From: an uncultured virus (IMG/VR IMGVR_UViG_3300031951_000032)
Lineage: Duplodnaviria; Heunggongvirae; Uroviricota; Caudoviricetes
Length of the DNA: 64,000 bases
Reading direction: 5' to 3' (one strand)
IMG/VR virus record: IMGVR_UViG_3300031951_000032
Shown here: piece by piece, positions 7,525 through 15,137 of the stretch
How the letters are laid out: every line of letters starts with the position of its first letter
Numbering within the stretch: position 1 is the stretch's first letter
The notes under the pieces: model-generated
What the model saw: the letters and a program-made list of their open reading frames with translations, nothing else
Database searches by the model: none
What the model was told of the DNA's origin: nothing
Made by a program: the position numbers and the translations under genes

Positions 7525-7601
7525 TATTGAAGCACATTGGTTCTAAGGGTTGTTCCGAGGATAATTCAACTCCAATGGAGTCCCAGTGTGTTTCAATATG
7601 G
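7522..7601 (+). ncRNA. inter-tRNA stem-loop cassette 1 (unknown function)
   Basis: 19-bp closing stem CCATATTGAAGCACATTGG / CCAGTGTGTTTCAATATGG. Confidence 0.6.
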
Positions 7602-7677
7602 CATGTTAGCATAGTTGGCCTAATGCGCCGCCCTGTCACGGCGGAGACCACGGGTTCGAATCCCGTACATGTCGCCA
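7600..7677 (+). tRNA. tRNA-Asp(GUC)
   Basis: cloverleaf, anticodon GTC, CCA. Confidence 0.95.
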
Positions 7678-7683
7678 GAATGA

Positions 7684-7758
7684 TGCTCAGTAGATCAGCG
7701 GTAGATCAGCGGACTGTTAATCCGTGTGTCGTAGGTTCGATCCCTACCTGAGCAGCCA
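7684..7758 (+). tRNA. tRNA-Asn(GUU)
   Basis: cloverleaf, anticodon GTT, CCA. Confidence 0.95.
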
Positions 7759-7881
7759 TATTAGATTTGCAGTTTGTAAGCCATGGGCTTGATCATGCCT
7801 GAGTAACTATGTAAATAAACGGTAAAGCCGGCCGGACATTCCGTTGAGCATAGCAAATAGTGCAGACTGCAATTCTAATAT
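7758..7881 (+). ncRNA. structured inter-tRNA RNA (~124 nt, unknown function)
   Basis: 21-bp closing stem ATATTAGATTTGCAGTTTGTA / TGCAGACTGCAATTCTAATAT with inner helices. Confidence 0.55.
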
Positions 7882-7884
7882 TGT

Positions 7885-7958
7885 TGGGGATTAGTTAAAT
7901 GGTATAACCACGGATTTTGATTCCGTTGTCGTAAGTTCGATTCTTACATCCCCTGCCA
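7885..7958 (+). tRNA. tRNA-Gln(UUG)
   Basis: cloverleaf, anticodon TTG, U1-U72 mismatch, CCA. Confidence 0.93.
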
Positions 7959-7965
7959 GTAATAT

Positions 7966-8049
7966 GGGTAACGAGCAGCATTGGTGACTGCACCTGACTG
8001 TAAATCAGACGCTTCGGCATACTTGGTTCGACTCCGAGGTTACCCACCA
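7966..8049 (+). tRNA. tRNA-Tyr(GUA)
   Basis: cloverleaf with variable arm, anticodon GTA, CCA. Confidence 0.95.
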
Positions 8050-8056
8050 AGTTTTA

Positions 8057-8131
8057 CGGTCTTTAGTAAAATGGATATTACGGGTGGCTACGGACCACCA
8101 AGTGGGAGTTCGATTCTCTCAGGACCGGCCA
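8057..8131 (+). tRNA. tRNA-Arg(ACG)
   Basis: cloverleaf, anticodon ACG, CCA. Confidence 0.93.
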
Positions 8132-8223
8132 TATTGAAACATATTGCAAAGACCGCTGAGTCGTTCTGCATTGCTGGAGTCTTCTATGAAGAGGTGTCGC
8201 AAAGGCAGTATGTTTCAATATGG
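8129..8223 (+). ncRNA. inter-tRNA stem-loop cassette 2 (unknown function)
   Basis: 19-bp closing stem CCATATTGAAACATATTGC / GCAGTATGTTTCAATATGG, covarying with cassette 1. Confidence 0.6.
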
Positions 8224-8297
8224 GGGATTGGTGCTAATTGGGAACACATGTGCTTTGCAAGCATGAGTAAGCAGTTCGAATCTGCTATCCTCCACCA
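8222..8297 (+). tRNA. tRNA-Ala(UGC)
   Basis: anticodon TGC, G3-U70 identity pair, CCA. Confidence 0.95.
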
Positions 8298-8307
8298 AAG
8301 TTTTATT

Positions 8308-8382
8308 GCCGGTTTAGCTCAGTGGTAGAGCATCCGCCTTGTAAGCGGGAGGTCGTCAGTTCGAATCCGACAACCGGCACCA
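8308..8382 (+). tRNA. tRNA-Thr(UGU)
   Basis: cloverleaf, anticodon TGT, CCA. Confidence 0.95.
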
Positions 8383-8388
8383 GACTAT

Positions 8389-8464
8389 CGCAGAGTATGG
8401 AAGTGGTCATCCGCTTGGTCTCATAAGCCGAGAATCGCAGGTTCGAATCCTGCCTCTGCAACCA
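8389..8464 (+). tRNA. tRNA-fMet(CAU), initiator-like
   Basis: anticodon CAT, C1-A72 mismatch, CCA. Confidence 0.88.
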
Positions 8465-8477
8465 TTACAGGTGAAAC

Positions 8478-8945
8478 GTGAAAAAAGAAATTGATGTGAA
8501 CGAAGTGGCCGCATTTCTTGATACATGTGGTCCTGATACAAAAGTGTATGTTGGTGCCGATTCTGAACGATTTCAAATTGGTGGTGAATGGTACGCCGAT
8601 TACATTCTTGCTGTTGTTGTTCACATTGATGGTCGTCACGGTTGCAAGATATTTGGTGCTGTACAACGTGAACGTGACTTTGAACAAAAGAAAAGCCGGC
8701 CACGTTTTCGTTTGATGAATGAAGTATACAAAGTGGCCGATTTGTATTTGAAACTCTATGATGCAATACCACATGATATTCAGATTCATTTGGATATTAA
8801 CCCAAGTGAAATGCACGGTTCAAGTTGTGTGGTAAATGAAGCGATTGGTTATATACGTGGCACATGTAATGTGATACCATTGATAAAACCAAAAGCATTT
8901 GCAGCAAGTTATGCAGCAGATAGGTTTAAAAGTTTAGTAGCGTAG
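8478..8945 (+). CDS. RNase H-like YkuK (DUF458) family protein
   Basis: KVYVGADS, RLMNEV, IHLDIN, KP.AFAASYAAD motifs. Confidence 0.8.
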   Translation: MKKEIDVNEVAAFLDTCGPDTKVYVGADSERFQIGGEWYADYILAVVVHIDGRHGCKIFGAVQRERDFEQKKSRPRFRLMNEVYKVADLYLKLYDAIPHDIQIHLDINPSEMHGSSCVVNEAIGYIRGTCNVIPLIKPKAFAASYAADRFKSLVA

Positions 8946-9019
8946 CGGGTATAATTCAGTGGTAGAATGTTTCCTTGCCAAGGAAAATGTCGTCAGTTCG
9001 AGTCTGACTACCCGCTCCA
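8945..9019 (+). tRNA. tRNA-Gly(GCC)
   Basis: cloverleaf, anticodon GCC, U73, CCA. Confidence 0.95.
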
Positions 9020-9023
9020 GTAT

Positions 9024-9097
9024 TCCGGTGTAGTATAATGGCAGTGCGGCGGTCTCCAAAACCGTTAGTGGGGGTTCGATTCCCTCCACCGGAGCCA
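9024..9097 (+). tRNA. tRNA-Trp(CCA)
   Basis: cloverleaf, anticodon CCA, CCA end. Confidence 0.95.
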
Positions 9098-9109
9098 GTA
9101 TTTTTTGGC

Positions 9110-9183
9110 GTGGCCATGTTGTAATGGTAGCAACCTAGACTGTGACTCTGGTAGTTCGGGTTCGAATCCCGATGGTCACCCCA
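9110..9183 (+). tRNA. tRNA-His(GUG)
   Basis: anticodon GTG, C73; position -1 is C rather than G. Confidence 0.92.
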
Positions 9184-9192
9184 AAAAGTATT

Positions 9193-9268
9193 GGTGCTTT
9201 AGCTGATGTGGTCATAGCGGCGGTTTGAAGAGCCGTTGAAGTTGGTTCGATTCCAACAGGCACCACCA
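9193..9268 (+). tRNA. tRNA-Phe(GAA)
   Basis: cloverleaf, anticodon GAA (G37), CCA. Confidence 0.92.
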
Positions 9269-9269
9269 T

Positions 9270-9343
9270 TGTCCTGTAGTTAAATGGTATAACTGTCGAT
9301 TGATAATCGACCATTACAAGTTCAATTCTTGTCGGGACAACCA
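9270..9343 (+). tRNA. tRNA-Ile(GAU)
   Basis: cloverleaf, anticodon GAT, CCA. Confidence 0.93.
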
Positions 9344-9347
9344 GAAT

Positions 9348-9422
9348 GGTAGTGTAGCATAATGGTAGTGCGCCACCTTCATACGGTGTCAGGTGTAAGT
9401 TCGAATCTTACCACTACTACCA
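9348..9422 (+). tRNA. tRNA-CAU (elongator Met likely; Ile2 not excluded)
   Basis: anticodon CAT, G1-U72 pair, CCA. Confidence 0.85.
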
Positions 9423-9423
9423 A

Positions 9424-9499
9424 GCGCCGGTGACGGAACGGTATACGTGTTGGTCTTAGAAACCAAATTTTGAGAGTTCGAATCTCTCCTGGCGCACCA
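9424..9499 (+). tRNA. tRNA-Leu(UAG), short variable loop
   Basis: anticodon TAG, A73, no long variable arm. Confidence 0.9.
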
Positions 9500-9524
9500 A
9501 TATAAGTAGCGTGTGAGGCGATGT

Positions 9525-9599
9525 GCATCGTTAGTTCAGCGGTAGAATCCCTGCCTTACAAGCAGGTTGTCGGTGGTTCGAATCCATCACGATGCACCA
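9525..9599 (+). tRNA. tRNA-Val(UAC)
   Basis: cloverleaf, anticodon TAC, CCA. Confidence 0.95.
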
Positions 9600-9604
9600 A
9601 TAAT

Positions 9605-9682
9605 GCAACGGTGGCAGAGTGGTCCAATGCAAGGGACTGCAAATCCCTAAAGCCGTCAGTTCGAATCTGACCCGTTGCTCCA
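9605..9682 (+). tRNA. tRNA-Cys(GCA)
   Basis: anticodon GCA, U73, CCA. Confidence 0.95.
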
Positions 9683-9687
9683 GTTTA

Positions 9688-9777
<90 letters not shown>

Positions 9778-9785
9778 AGGAAAAT

Positions 9786-9947
9786 ATGGTAACATTAAAA
9801 ATTATTCTAACAATTATTTGTTACTGGGTGCTTATGGGTGTTAGTGTCGCACTCATGATGGCACTTTTTTATGGGTTGGCATTAGTTTTAGGAGAGTTGG
9901 CCGAGTGGTTAAGGCAGCGGTTTGCTAAACCGTCGTTGCGAAAGTGA
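9786..9947 (+). CDS. small membrane peptide overlapping tRNA-Ser(GCU)
   Basis: AAGGA SD, ATG 9786, about 33 hydrophobic residues then basic tail. Confidence 0.5.
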   Translation: MVTLKIILTIICYWVLMGVSVALMMALFYGLALVLGELAEWLRQRFAKPSLRK

Positions 9948-9978
9948 CGCATAGGTTCGAATCCTATACTCTCCGCCA
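9891..9978 (+). tRNA. tRNA-Ser(GCU)
   Basis: long variable arm, anticodon GCT, CCA. Confidence 0.95.
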
Positions 9979-9979
9979 C

Positions 9980-10008
9980 TTGACAAGCAAATTTTTCTAT
10001 AGTATACT
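9980..10008 (+). promoter_or_regulatory. sigma70-type promoter
   Basis: TTGACA-17-TATACT, ATG 7 nt downstream. Confidence 0.8.
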
Positions 10009-10015
10009 GTTTCCT

Positions 10016-10174
10016 ATGAGTAAAAAATCACAAAAGTTGCAAAAACCACGAAATTTTGTTGCTAAAGACTTGTTCACGCCGAAGTTTCGCATGAAAGTTG
10101 AGCATTCGGCGACAAAAATTCATAACCGAGCAGTTGAAAAACAAAACTTTAGGAAAATTTATGCCATCTTCTGA
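10016..10174 (+). CDS. small basic protein, ArfA-like (putative ribosome-rescue factor)
   Basis: RNFVAKDLFTPKFRMKVE aligns without gaps to ArfA DNAIEALLHDPLFRQRVE. Confidence 0.55.
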   Translation: MSKKSQKLQKPRNFVAKDLFTPKFRMKVEHSATKIHNRAVEKQNFRKIYAIF

Positions 10175-10595
10175 TGAAAAAGTGCAACAAATTGAGTCCG
10201 GAACAATTTCTGGCGACGAAATGGTCAAGTTTGACGGTTTTTACTTTGTTCCTGACTATGATGACTACGATGAAAACTACAAATTAGCATTTTTCAACTT
10301 CAAAGAAGAGTGGACAATGGCAAAACCCATTGAAAAGTCAGAAATGGGCTACAAATATCATATGGCATTCTTTAAAGAAGACGAAGAAGGTATGCCACAG
10401 TTTGATGATGCGTTTGAAGCGATACTTTCTGACCCAATTGTGTACATAAAAAACCTTGTTGGCTCAGGAATATCAGGTTGCATTGTTAAAAAGACAGAAA
10501 CATCAGAAAATTGGTGGGTTGAGTATCTTGATTTTATAACAAACGGTAAATTTAAGCAAAAAGTGAACGAAGCACTCAAATCTTTAACGGAGTAA
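10161..10595 (+). CDS. hypothetical protein
   Basis: AGGA SD, ATG 10161. Confidence 0.7.
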   Translation: MPSSDEKVQQIESGTISGDEMVKFDGFYFVPDYDDYDENYKLAFFNFKEEWTMAKPIEKSEMGYKYHMAFFKEDEEGMPQFDDAFEAILSDPIVYIKNLVGSGISGCIVKKTETSENWWVEYLDFITNGKFKQKVNEALKSLTE

Positions 10596-10598
10596 ATT

Positions 10599-10892
10599 AT
10601 GAATACAAATGTTTTTTCTGGTAACAGTAAAGATGCAAAACGTGGTCGCAAGTGGCTGATTGGTTTGCTTGAAGAACGATCTGTTGAAATCGTTTTTACG
10701 AAAAAAGACGGAACTGAACGTACAATGAAATGCACATTGATGGAAGACTATCTTCCTGAAACAGCAGGTTCAGAAAAAACAAAAAATGATGAAGCACTTG
10801 CTGTTTATGATTTAGAAAAAGAAGGCTGGCGCAGTTTTCGTTGGGATTCAATCAAGCAAGTGAATTTTTCATTGGAGAGTGAAGATGCCTAA
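10599..10892 (+). CDS. WYL_2/SH3-fold T4-like protein
   Basis: VFTKKDGTERTMKCTL...VYDLEKEGWRSFRWDSI. Confidence 0.8.
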   Translation: MNTNVFSGNSKDAKRGRKWLIGLLEERSVEIVFTKKDGTERTMKCTLMEDYLPETAGSEKTKNDEALAVYDLEKEGWRSFRWDSIKQVNFSLESEDA

Positions 10893-11175
10893 GTATATCG
10901 TTGAGCAATTATCTGCTTTTCGTAATGTTTATGTGATTGAGGCGGATAACGAAGAAGAAGCCGTCAAAATTTCTGAATATGCTGATGACAATTGGCAAGA
11001 ATGGCTCGGTAATCTGAAAATTGACGTAAATGAATACACCGATGAACGTATCGCTTACTTCAAACACAAAGATTATTATTGGGCAGGCGTAACATACAAA
11101 GATAAAGATGGGTATGTCGCATATCATCACCCAAATGGTGAAGATGTGGAACGAAAAGAGATTCTCATCAAATAG
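10885..11175 (+). CDS. hypothetical protein
   Basis: GGAG SD; ORF track. Confidence 0.7.
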   Translation: MPKYIVEQLSAFRNVYVIEADNEEEAVKISEYADDNWQEWLGNLKIDVNEYTDERIAYFKHKDYYWAGVTYKDKDGYVAYHHPNGEDVERKEILIK

Positions 11176-11180
11176 TTTAT

Positions 11181-11254
11181 GCGGGATTAGTTTAATGGTA
11201 AAACTTGAGATTTCCAATCTTACGTTGTCAGTTCGATTCTGACATCCCGCTCCA
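11181..11254 (+). tRNA. tRNA-Gly(UCC), outside main array
   Basis: cloverleaf, anticodon TCC, U73, CCA. Confidence 0.95.
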
Positions 11255-11265
11255 AATTTTATATT

Positions 11266-11460
11266 ATGAACAAATCTTGGACCTTAGAAGTAAAACAACA
11301 CGAAGATGGTGATTACTTTATTGAATTTCCTGATGAAGTGCTAGCCGAAGTTGGTTGGGCAGAAGGAGACACACTGAAGTGGATTGATAACGGCAATGGT
11401 TCGTGGTCGCTGAAAAAATTAGATAAGAATCAAGAAAATACTGAGTCTCCAGAGAAGTGA
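11266..11460 (+). CDS. AbrB/MazE-like DNA-binding protein
   Basis: IEFPDEVLAEVGWAEGDTLKW swapped-hairpin motif. Confidence 0.7.
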   Translation: MNKSWTLEVKQHEDGDYFIEFPDEVLAEVGWAEGDTLKWIDNGNGSWSLKKLDKNQENTESPEK

Positions 11461-11501
11461 AACTGTTTAAATAAATCGTAGTTATTTTATAGGGAGTTGA
11501 T

Positions 11502-11930
11502 ATGAGTTTGAAAGGCACAAAAACTGCTGAGTGCTTGAAAGAGGCTTTTGCAGGTGAATCAATGGCAAACCGCCGTTATCTTTATTTCGCAAATCAGTGT
11601 GATATTGCAGGTGAGAACGATTTAGCATCATTGTTCCGTTCTACAGCAGAAGGTGAAACTGGACACGCACATGGTCATATGGAATATCTCATTGAAGGTG
11701 GTGCAGGAGAACCTGGCACAAACATGCCAGCAAAAAATGCACGACAAATGTTAGAGGCCGCTATCGCTGGCGAAACGCACGAATACTCTGACATGTATCC
11801 AGGTATGGCAAAGACTGCACGTGAAGAAGGCTTTGATGAAGTAGCCGATTGGTTTGAAACACTTGCGAAAGCAGAACGTTCACATGCCAATCGTTATGCA
11901 AAAGCATTAGAAAAACATCTTTCAGAATAA
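11502..11930 (+). CDS. short-chain rubrerythrin
   Basis: [35 protein letters not shown] di-iron motifs; no rubredoxin domain. Confidence 0.92.
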   Translation: MSLKGTKTAECLKEAFAGESMANRRYLYFANQCDIAGENDLASLFRSTAEGETGHAHGHMEYLIEGGAGEPGTNMPAKNARQMLEAAIAGETHEYSDMYPGMAKTAREEGFDEVADWFETLAKAERSHANRYAKALEKHLSE

Positions 11931-11944
11931 TAAGGAGAAGTAAC

Positions 11945-12019
11945 ATGGCATGGACTACACCTACAGCAAATGATATGCGTTTTGGTTTCGAAATCACAAT
12001 GTACATCGCAAATCGTTAA
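11945..12019 (+). CDS. pqqA: PQQ precursor peptide
   Basis: AGGAG SD; MAWTTPTANDMRFGFEITMYIANR with E-x-x-x-Y core. Confidence 0.93.
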   Translation: MAWTTPTANDMRFGFEITMYIANR

Positions 12020-12027
12020 TCAGTAAA

Positions 12028-12051
12028 AAAAGCGGCTACCAAGCCGCTTTT
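12028..12051. terminator. bidirectional intrinsic terminator
   Basis: AAAAGCGGCT-ACCA-AGCCGCTTTT between convergent genes. Confidence 0.8.
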
Positions 12052-12224
12052 CCTTTTTTGTTCATCAGCGCCAATCTGTAATCGGCATCATTTCTTTTAT
12101 TTTTCAATGCAGCATTCACTTGAGTGGCTAACATACCATCACGTGTGACAAGAATTAAATTATTACCTACGTTTGTGAAAACATAGTAAAAAAGTTCATT
12201 GTCTAAAAACTCAATTTTTAGCAT
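12036..12224 (-). CDS. hypothetical protein
   Basis: ORF track; start MLKIEF overlapping the upstream gene. Confidence 0.55.
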   Translation of the reverse strand: MLKIEFLDNELFYYVFTNVGNNLILVTRDGMLATQVNAALKNKRNDADYRLALMNKKGKAAW

Positions 12225-13005
12225 TGCCTTCATAGCCAGGAATTTCACAGTCAACCCATTTTAAATTGCTATAGTATTGGTATGGCCATTGACCTTTTGG
12301 TAGAAGACAACTACCAAGTTCGGGTTTTTCCATGATACGTATTTGTAATACTGACCATACTAATAAAAACAAATAAAGAATGAAAACTGTTGCAATGCCA
12401 TATTTCCAAGCCTCACATCTTATTTTTTGAAGTCTCTTTGCTTTTTTGGTTGCAGCAATTCTATCGGCTTGTCTTTTTTTTGTCCATGCAATTGACTGCT
12501 CTTTCTTCATTTTCTCCATCATTGCATACACACGGGTATACAGATCACCTAATTCTGGAGGACAGTTGTAAACCATAAGTTCACGAAGTTCTGCTTCCAT
12601 CGCAGTTAAACGACTTTGCATCAGAACACGTTGTAATGCTCTTTTACCTAAACTTGTTTCTCCCGTATACACTTCTTGAGAATGCTTTTCTTCTTCTTCA
12701 AAGATAGCAGAACACTTGGCGTAGTTTTCAAAGTAAACGCCCAACTCTTCCCCTATCTGGGTATAGATATCGTTGGGTTGTTTCTTACTTAATTCAAGTA
12801 TGCGGTTTTTTTCTTCTATGTACTGATTTTTTTCAGCAATAGTGGGCGGCTTGTCTTTATGACGAGAATTGAATTGCGACTCTAAATCCGATAGAACACC
12901 TTTTACATCACCAGCAACACCAGCAATTTCTTTGTATAACTCACAACCTTTTTTTACCGCTTGGACTGCACCATTTGCCAGAGCAAAAAGTGTAAACGGA
13001 TCCAT
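12211..13005 (-). CDS. coiled-coil membrane-anchored protein
   Basis: 264 aa; one C-terminal TM helix; CATAAATA late-promoter-like motif on - strand near 13078-13085. Confidence 0.75.
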   Translation of the reverse strand: MDPFTLFALANGAVQAVKKGCELYKEIAGVAGDVKGVLSDLESQFNSRHKDKPPTIAEKNQYIEEKNRILELSKKQPNDIYTQIGEELGVYFENYAKCSAIFEEEEKHSQEVYTGETSLGKRALQRVLMQSRLTAMEAELRELMVYNCPPELGDLYTRVYAMMEKMKKEQSIAWTKKRQADRIAATKKAKRLQKIRCEAWKYGIATVFILYLFLLVWSVLQIRIMEKPELGSCLLPKGQWPYQYYSNLKWVDCEIPGYEGNAKN

Positions 13006-13126
13006 TTGTCTGTTTTGTGCCCTTTCTTATGCGAAACATAATTTGATTCAAAAAAGACAATCTTGACAATCACAGACTATTTATGCTATACTATGGTTTC
13101 ATGAATAAATAGGGTCTGAGGTCATT

Positions 13127-14194
13127 ATGAACAGGTCAATTGACATTAAAGCAATCTTATCAAATAACAAAGAACCCAAGTTTGTGGGTGAGTTGTCACA
13201 AACGCAACTAACTCAGGCCTTGAGTTGGTATGCTCAAAATCGTGATAGCAAAGATGCAATAAAATACGCTACCGAATACTTCAAAAAGAAACTCAAAATC
13301 CAAGCGCCGGACGGCTTAAAATCTCAGCCGAGTACATTCGGCTTCGTTTGTCGTATTGTGAACCTAGGAGGCGTCCTGAACGAATCCAACAATACGTGGT
13401 TCAATGACATAATCAAGAAGTTGCAAGAAGAAACTCCTGTTGTCAAACAAGCAACTGCTACCGTTGTCTCAATTCAGGATCATATTAAAAGAAAAGCAAG
13501 TGATTGTATCGGTGAACTAGAGGGTCAGATTGACGAATTGATAATATCTGAGTTCAAAGCAAATGTTTCACCTTATGCAACAATGACAGGTATGGATGCT
13601 AAAGGCGCTCATACAAAATTTATAATTGATCATTTTAAAACACGCCGTGCTGAGTATGATGTTGCTTTGACAACAGATGACGGTGATATCAAAGAAGCAT
13701 ATTCTAACTTTACAAAAACACAACTTAAAAAGTTGATATCATACTGTGACCAAGTAATTGTTGACGGTATGAAACTGGCTGGTGAAGCGGTCAAAACACG
13801 CAAGCCAAGAAAGCGCAAAGCAAAGTCGGCGGATCAGTTGATTGCCAAGATGAACTATGCAAAAGATTTTGCCGAATTAAAACTTGTATCAATTGATCCT
13901 AAGACAATCATTGGCGCATCATCGTTGTGGGTATACAATACGAAAACACGAAAACTTGGTGTGTATCAAGCCGCTGATGCTGCTGGTTTAAATGTAAAAG
14001 GCTCTACGATACAAAACTTTGCCGAGAGTAAATCGGTAAGCAAAAAGTTACGCAAACCAGAAGTGACAATACCTGAAGTGTTGAAAGGCGGTAAAGTTGC
14101 GTTGCGTAGTGTGTTAAATGATATTCGTGCCGTTGAAAGTGCATTGACAGGACGAATCAATACTGATACAATATTACTGAGAACTGTAAAATGA
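13127..14194 (+). CDS. conserved T4-like hypothetical protein
   Basis: 355 aa; LWVYNTKTRKLG...GRIN motifs; upstream TTGACA-18-TATACT (13063-13092). Confidence 0.8.
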   Translation: MNRSIDIKAILSNNKEPKFVGELSQTQLTQALSWYAQNRDSKDAIKYATEYFKKKLKIQAPDGLKSQPSTFGFVCRIVNLGGVLNESNNTWFNDIIKKLQEETPVVKQATATVVSIQDHIKRKASDCIGELEGQIDELIISEFKANVSPYATMTGMDAKGAHTKFIIDHFKTRRAEYDVALTTDDGDIKEAYSNFTKTQLKKLISYCDQVIVDGMKLAGEAVKTRKPRKRKAKSADQLIAKMNYAKDFAELKLVSIDPKTIIGASSLWVYNTKTRKLGVYQAADAAGLNVKGSTIQNFAESKSVSKKLRKPEVTIPEVLKGGKVALRSVLNDIRAVESALTGRINTDTILLRTVK

Positions 14195-14288
14195 CAATGC
14201 GTGGCTATTACTACCGCAAGTTTAAATTCCACTTGCGGGCTGCCTTTTTGTTTTTAATTAAAGGCATTATTCTAGGACAACATGTAAA

Positions 14289-15137
14289 ATGATAATCTTT
14301 GACTACAATCAAGTAGCCATCTCTTCATTGATGGAACAAATCGGCTCATCTAAAAAGCCGGTTGAAGAGGCATTGGTACGACATATGATATTGAACGTGA
14401 TTCGTACATATGTCAAAAAGTTCAAGTCTACACACGGACCAGAAGTCGTGATTGCTTGTGACAATCGCAATTACTGGCGCCGTGAATTTTTTCCGCAGTA
14501 CAAAGCGGGTCGCAAGAAAACACGTGATGCTTCTGGTCACGACTGGAATTCTATCTTTGAGTGCTTGCACAAAATCAAAGAAGAACTAAATGAACATTCT
14601 CCATATAAGGTCGTTGATGTTGATACTGCTGAGGCTGATGACATTATCGCCACACTGACGATACGATATTCTGCACACCAGAAGGTGATGATTTTATCTT
14701 CCGACAAAGACTTTGCACAGTTGCAAAAGTTTGACAATGTTGAACAGTATTCGCCGATACTGAAGAAGTTCATCAAAGAACCTCTGCCGGCGGTGCAATT
14801 GAAACAGATGATTATTCGTGGTGATAAAGGTGATGGTATACCTAACATTCTATCTGCTGATGATAGCATTGTAAATGGTGTGCGACAAAAGCCAATTACT
14901 GAAGCCAAGATTATTAATTGGTTGAATCAGTCGCCAGAAGAATTCTGTGAAGGTGAAATGTTGCGTAATTACAAGCGCAACGAAATGATGATTGATTTGA
15001 CCAAAGTACCAGAACCGCTTCAGAAAAGTATTATAGATACATATGAAAGTGCTGCTGGTCACACCAAACAGCATTTTATGAATTACATGATTGCAAACAA
15101 ACTTAAAAATCTAATTGAGGTTATTGATGAGTTCTGA
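14289..15137 (+). CDS. rnh: T4-type RNase H (5'-3' exonuclease)
   Basis: WRR..FP.YKAGRKK, EADDIIA, SSDKDF.QL, GDKGDGIPN. Confidence 0.93.
   Translation: MIIFDYNQVAISSLMEQIGSSKKPVEEALVRHMILNVIRTYVKKFKSTHGPEVVIACDNRNYWRREFFPQYKAGRKKTRDASGHDWNSIFECLHKIKEELNEHSPYKVVDVDTAEADDIIATLTIRYSAHQKVMILSSDKDFAQLQKFDNVEQYSPILKKFIKEPLPAVQLKQMIIRGDKGDGIPNILSADDSIVNGVRQKPITEAKIINWLNQSPEEFCEGEMLRNYKRNEMMIDLTKVPEPLQKSIIDTYESAAGHTKQHFMNYMIANKLKNLIEVIDEF

Noticed and set aside
7690..7712. Tandem GTAGATCAGCG x2
   Set aside because: It is the D-arm of tRNA-Asn (self-complementary GATC), not an independent repeat
7522..8223. Repeated CCATATTGAA stems as a CRISPR array
   Set aside because: Only two copies, arranged as inverted arms around tRNA spacers with no repeat-spacer periodicity
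6953..8328. ORF-track entries 6953-7171, 7050-7307, 7497-7751 and 7981-8328
   Set aside because: They overlap clear tRNA genes and regulatory hairpins and lack SD or protein-like features; treated as shadow ORFs
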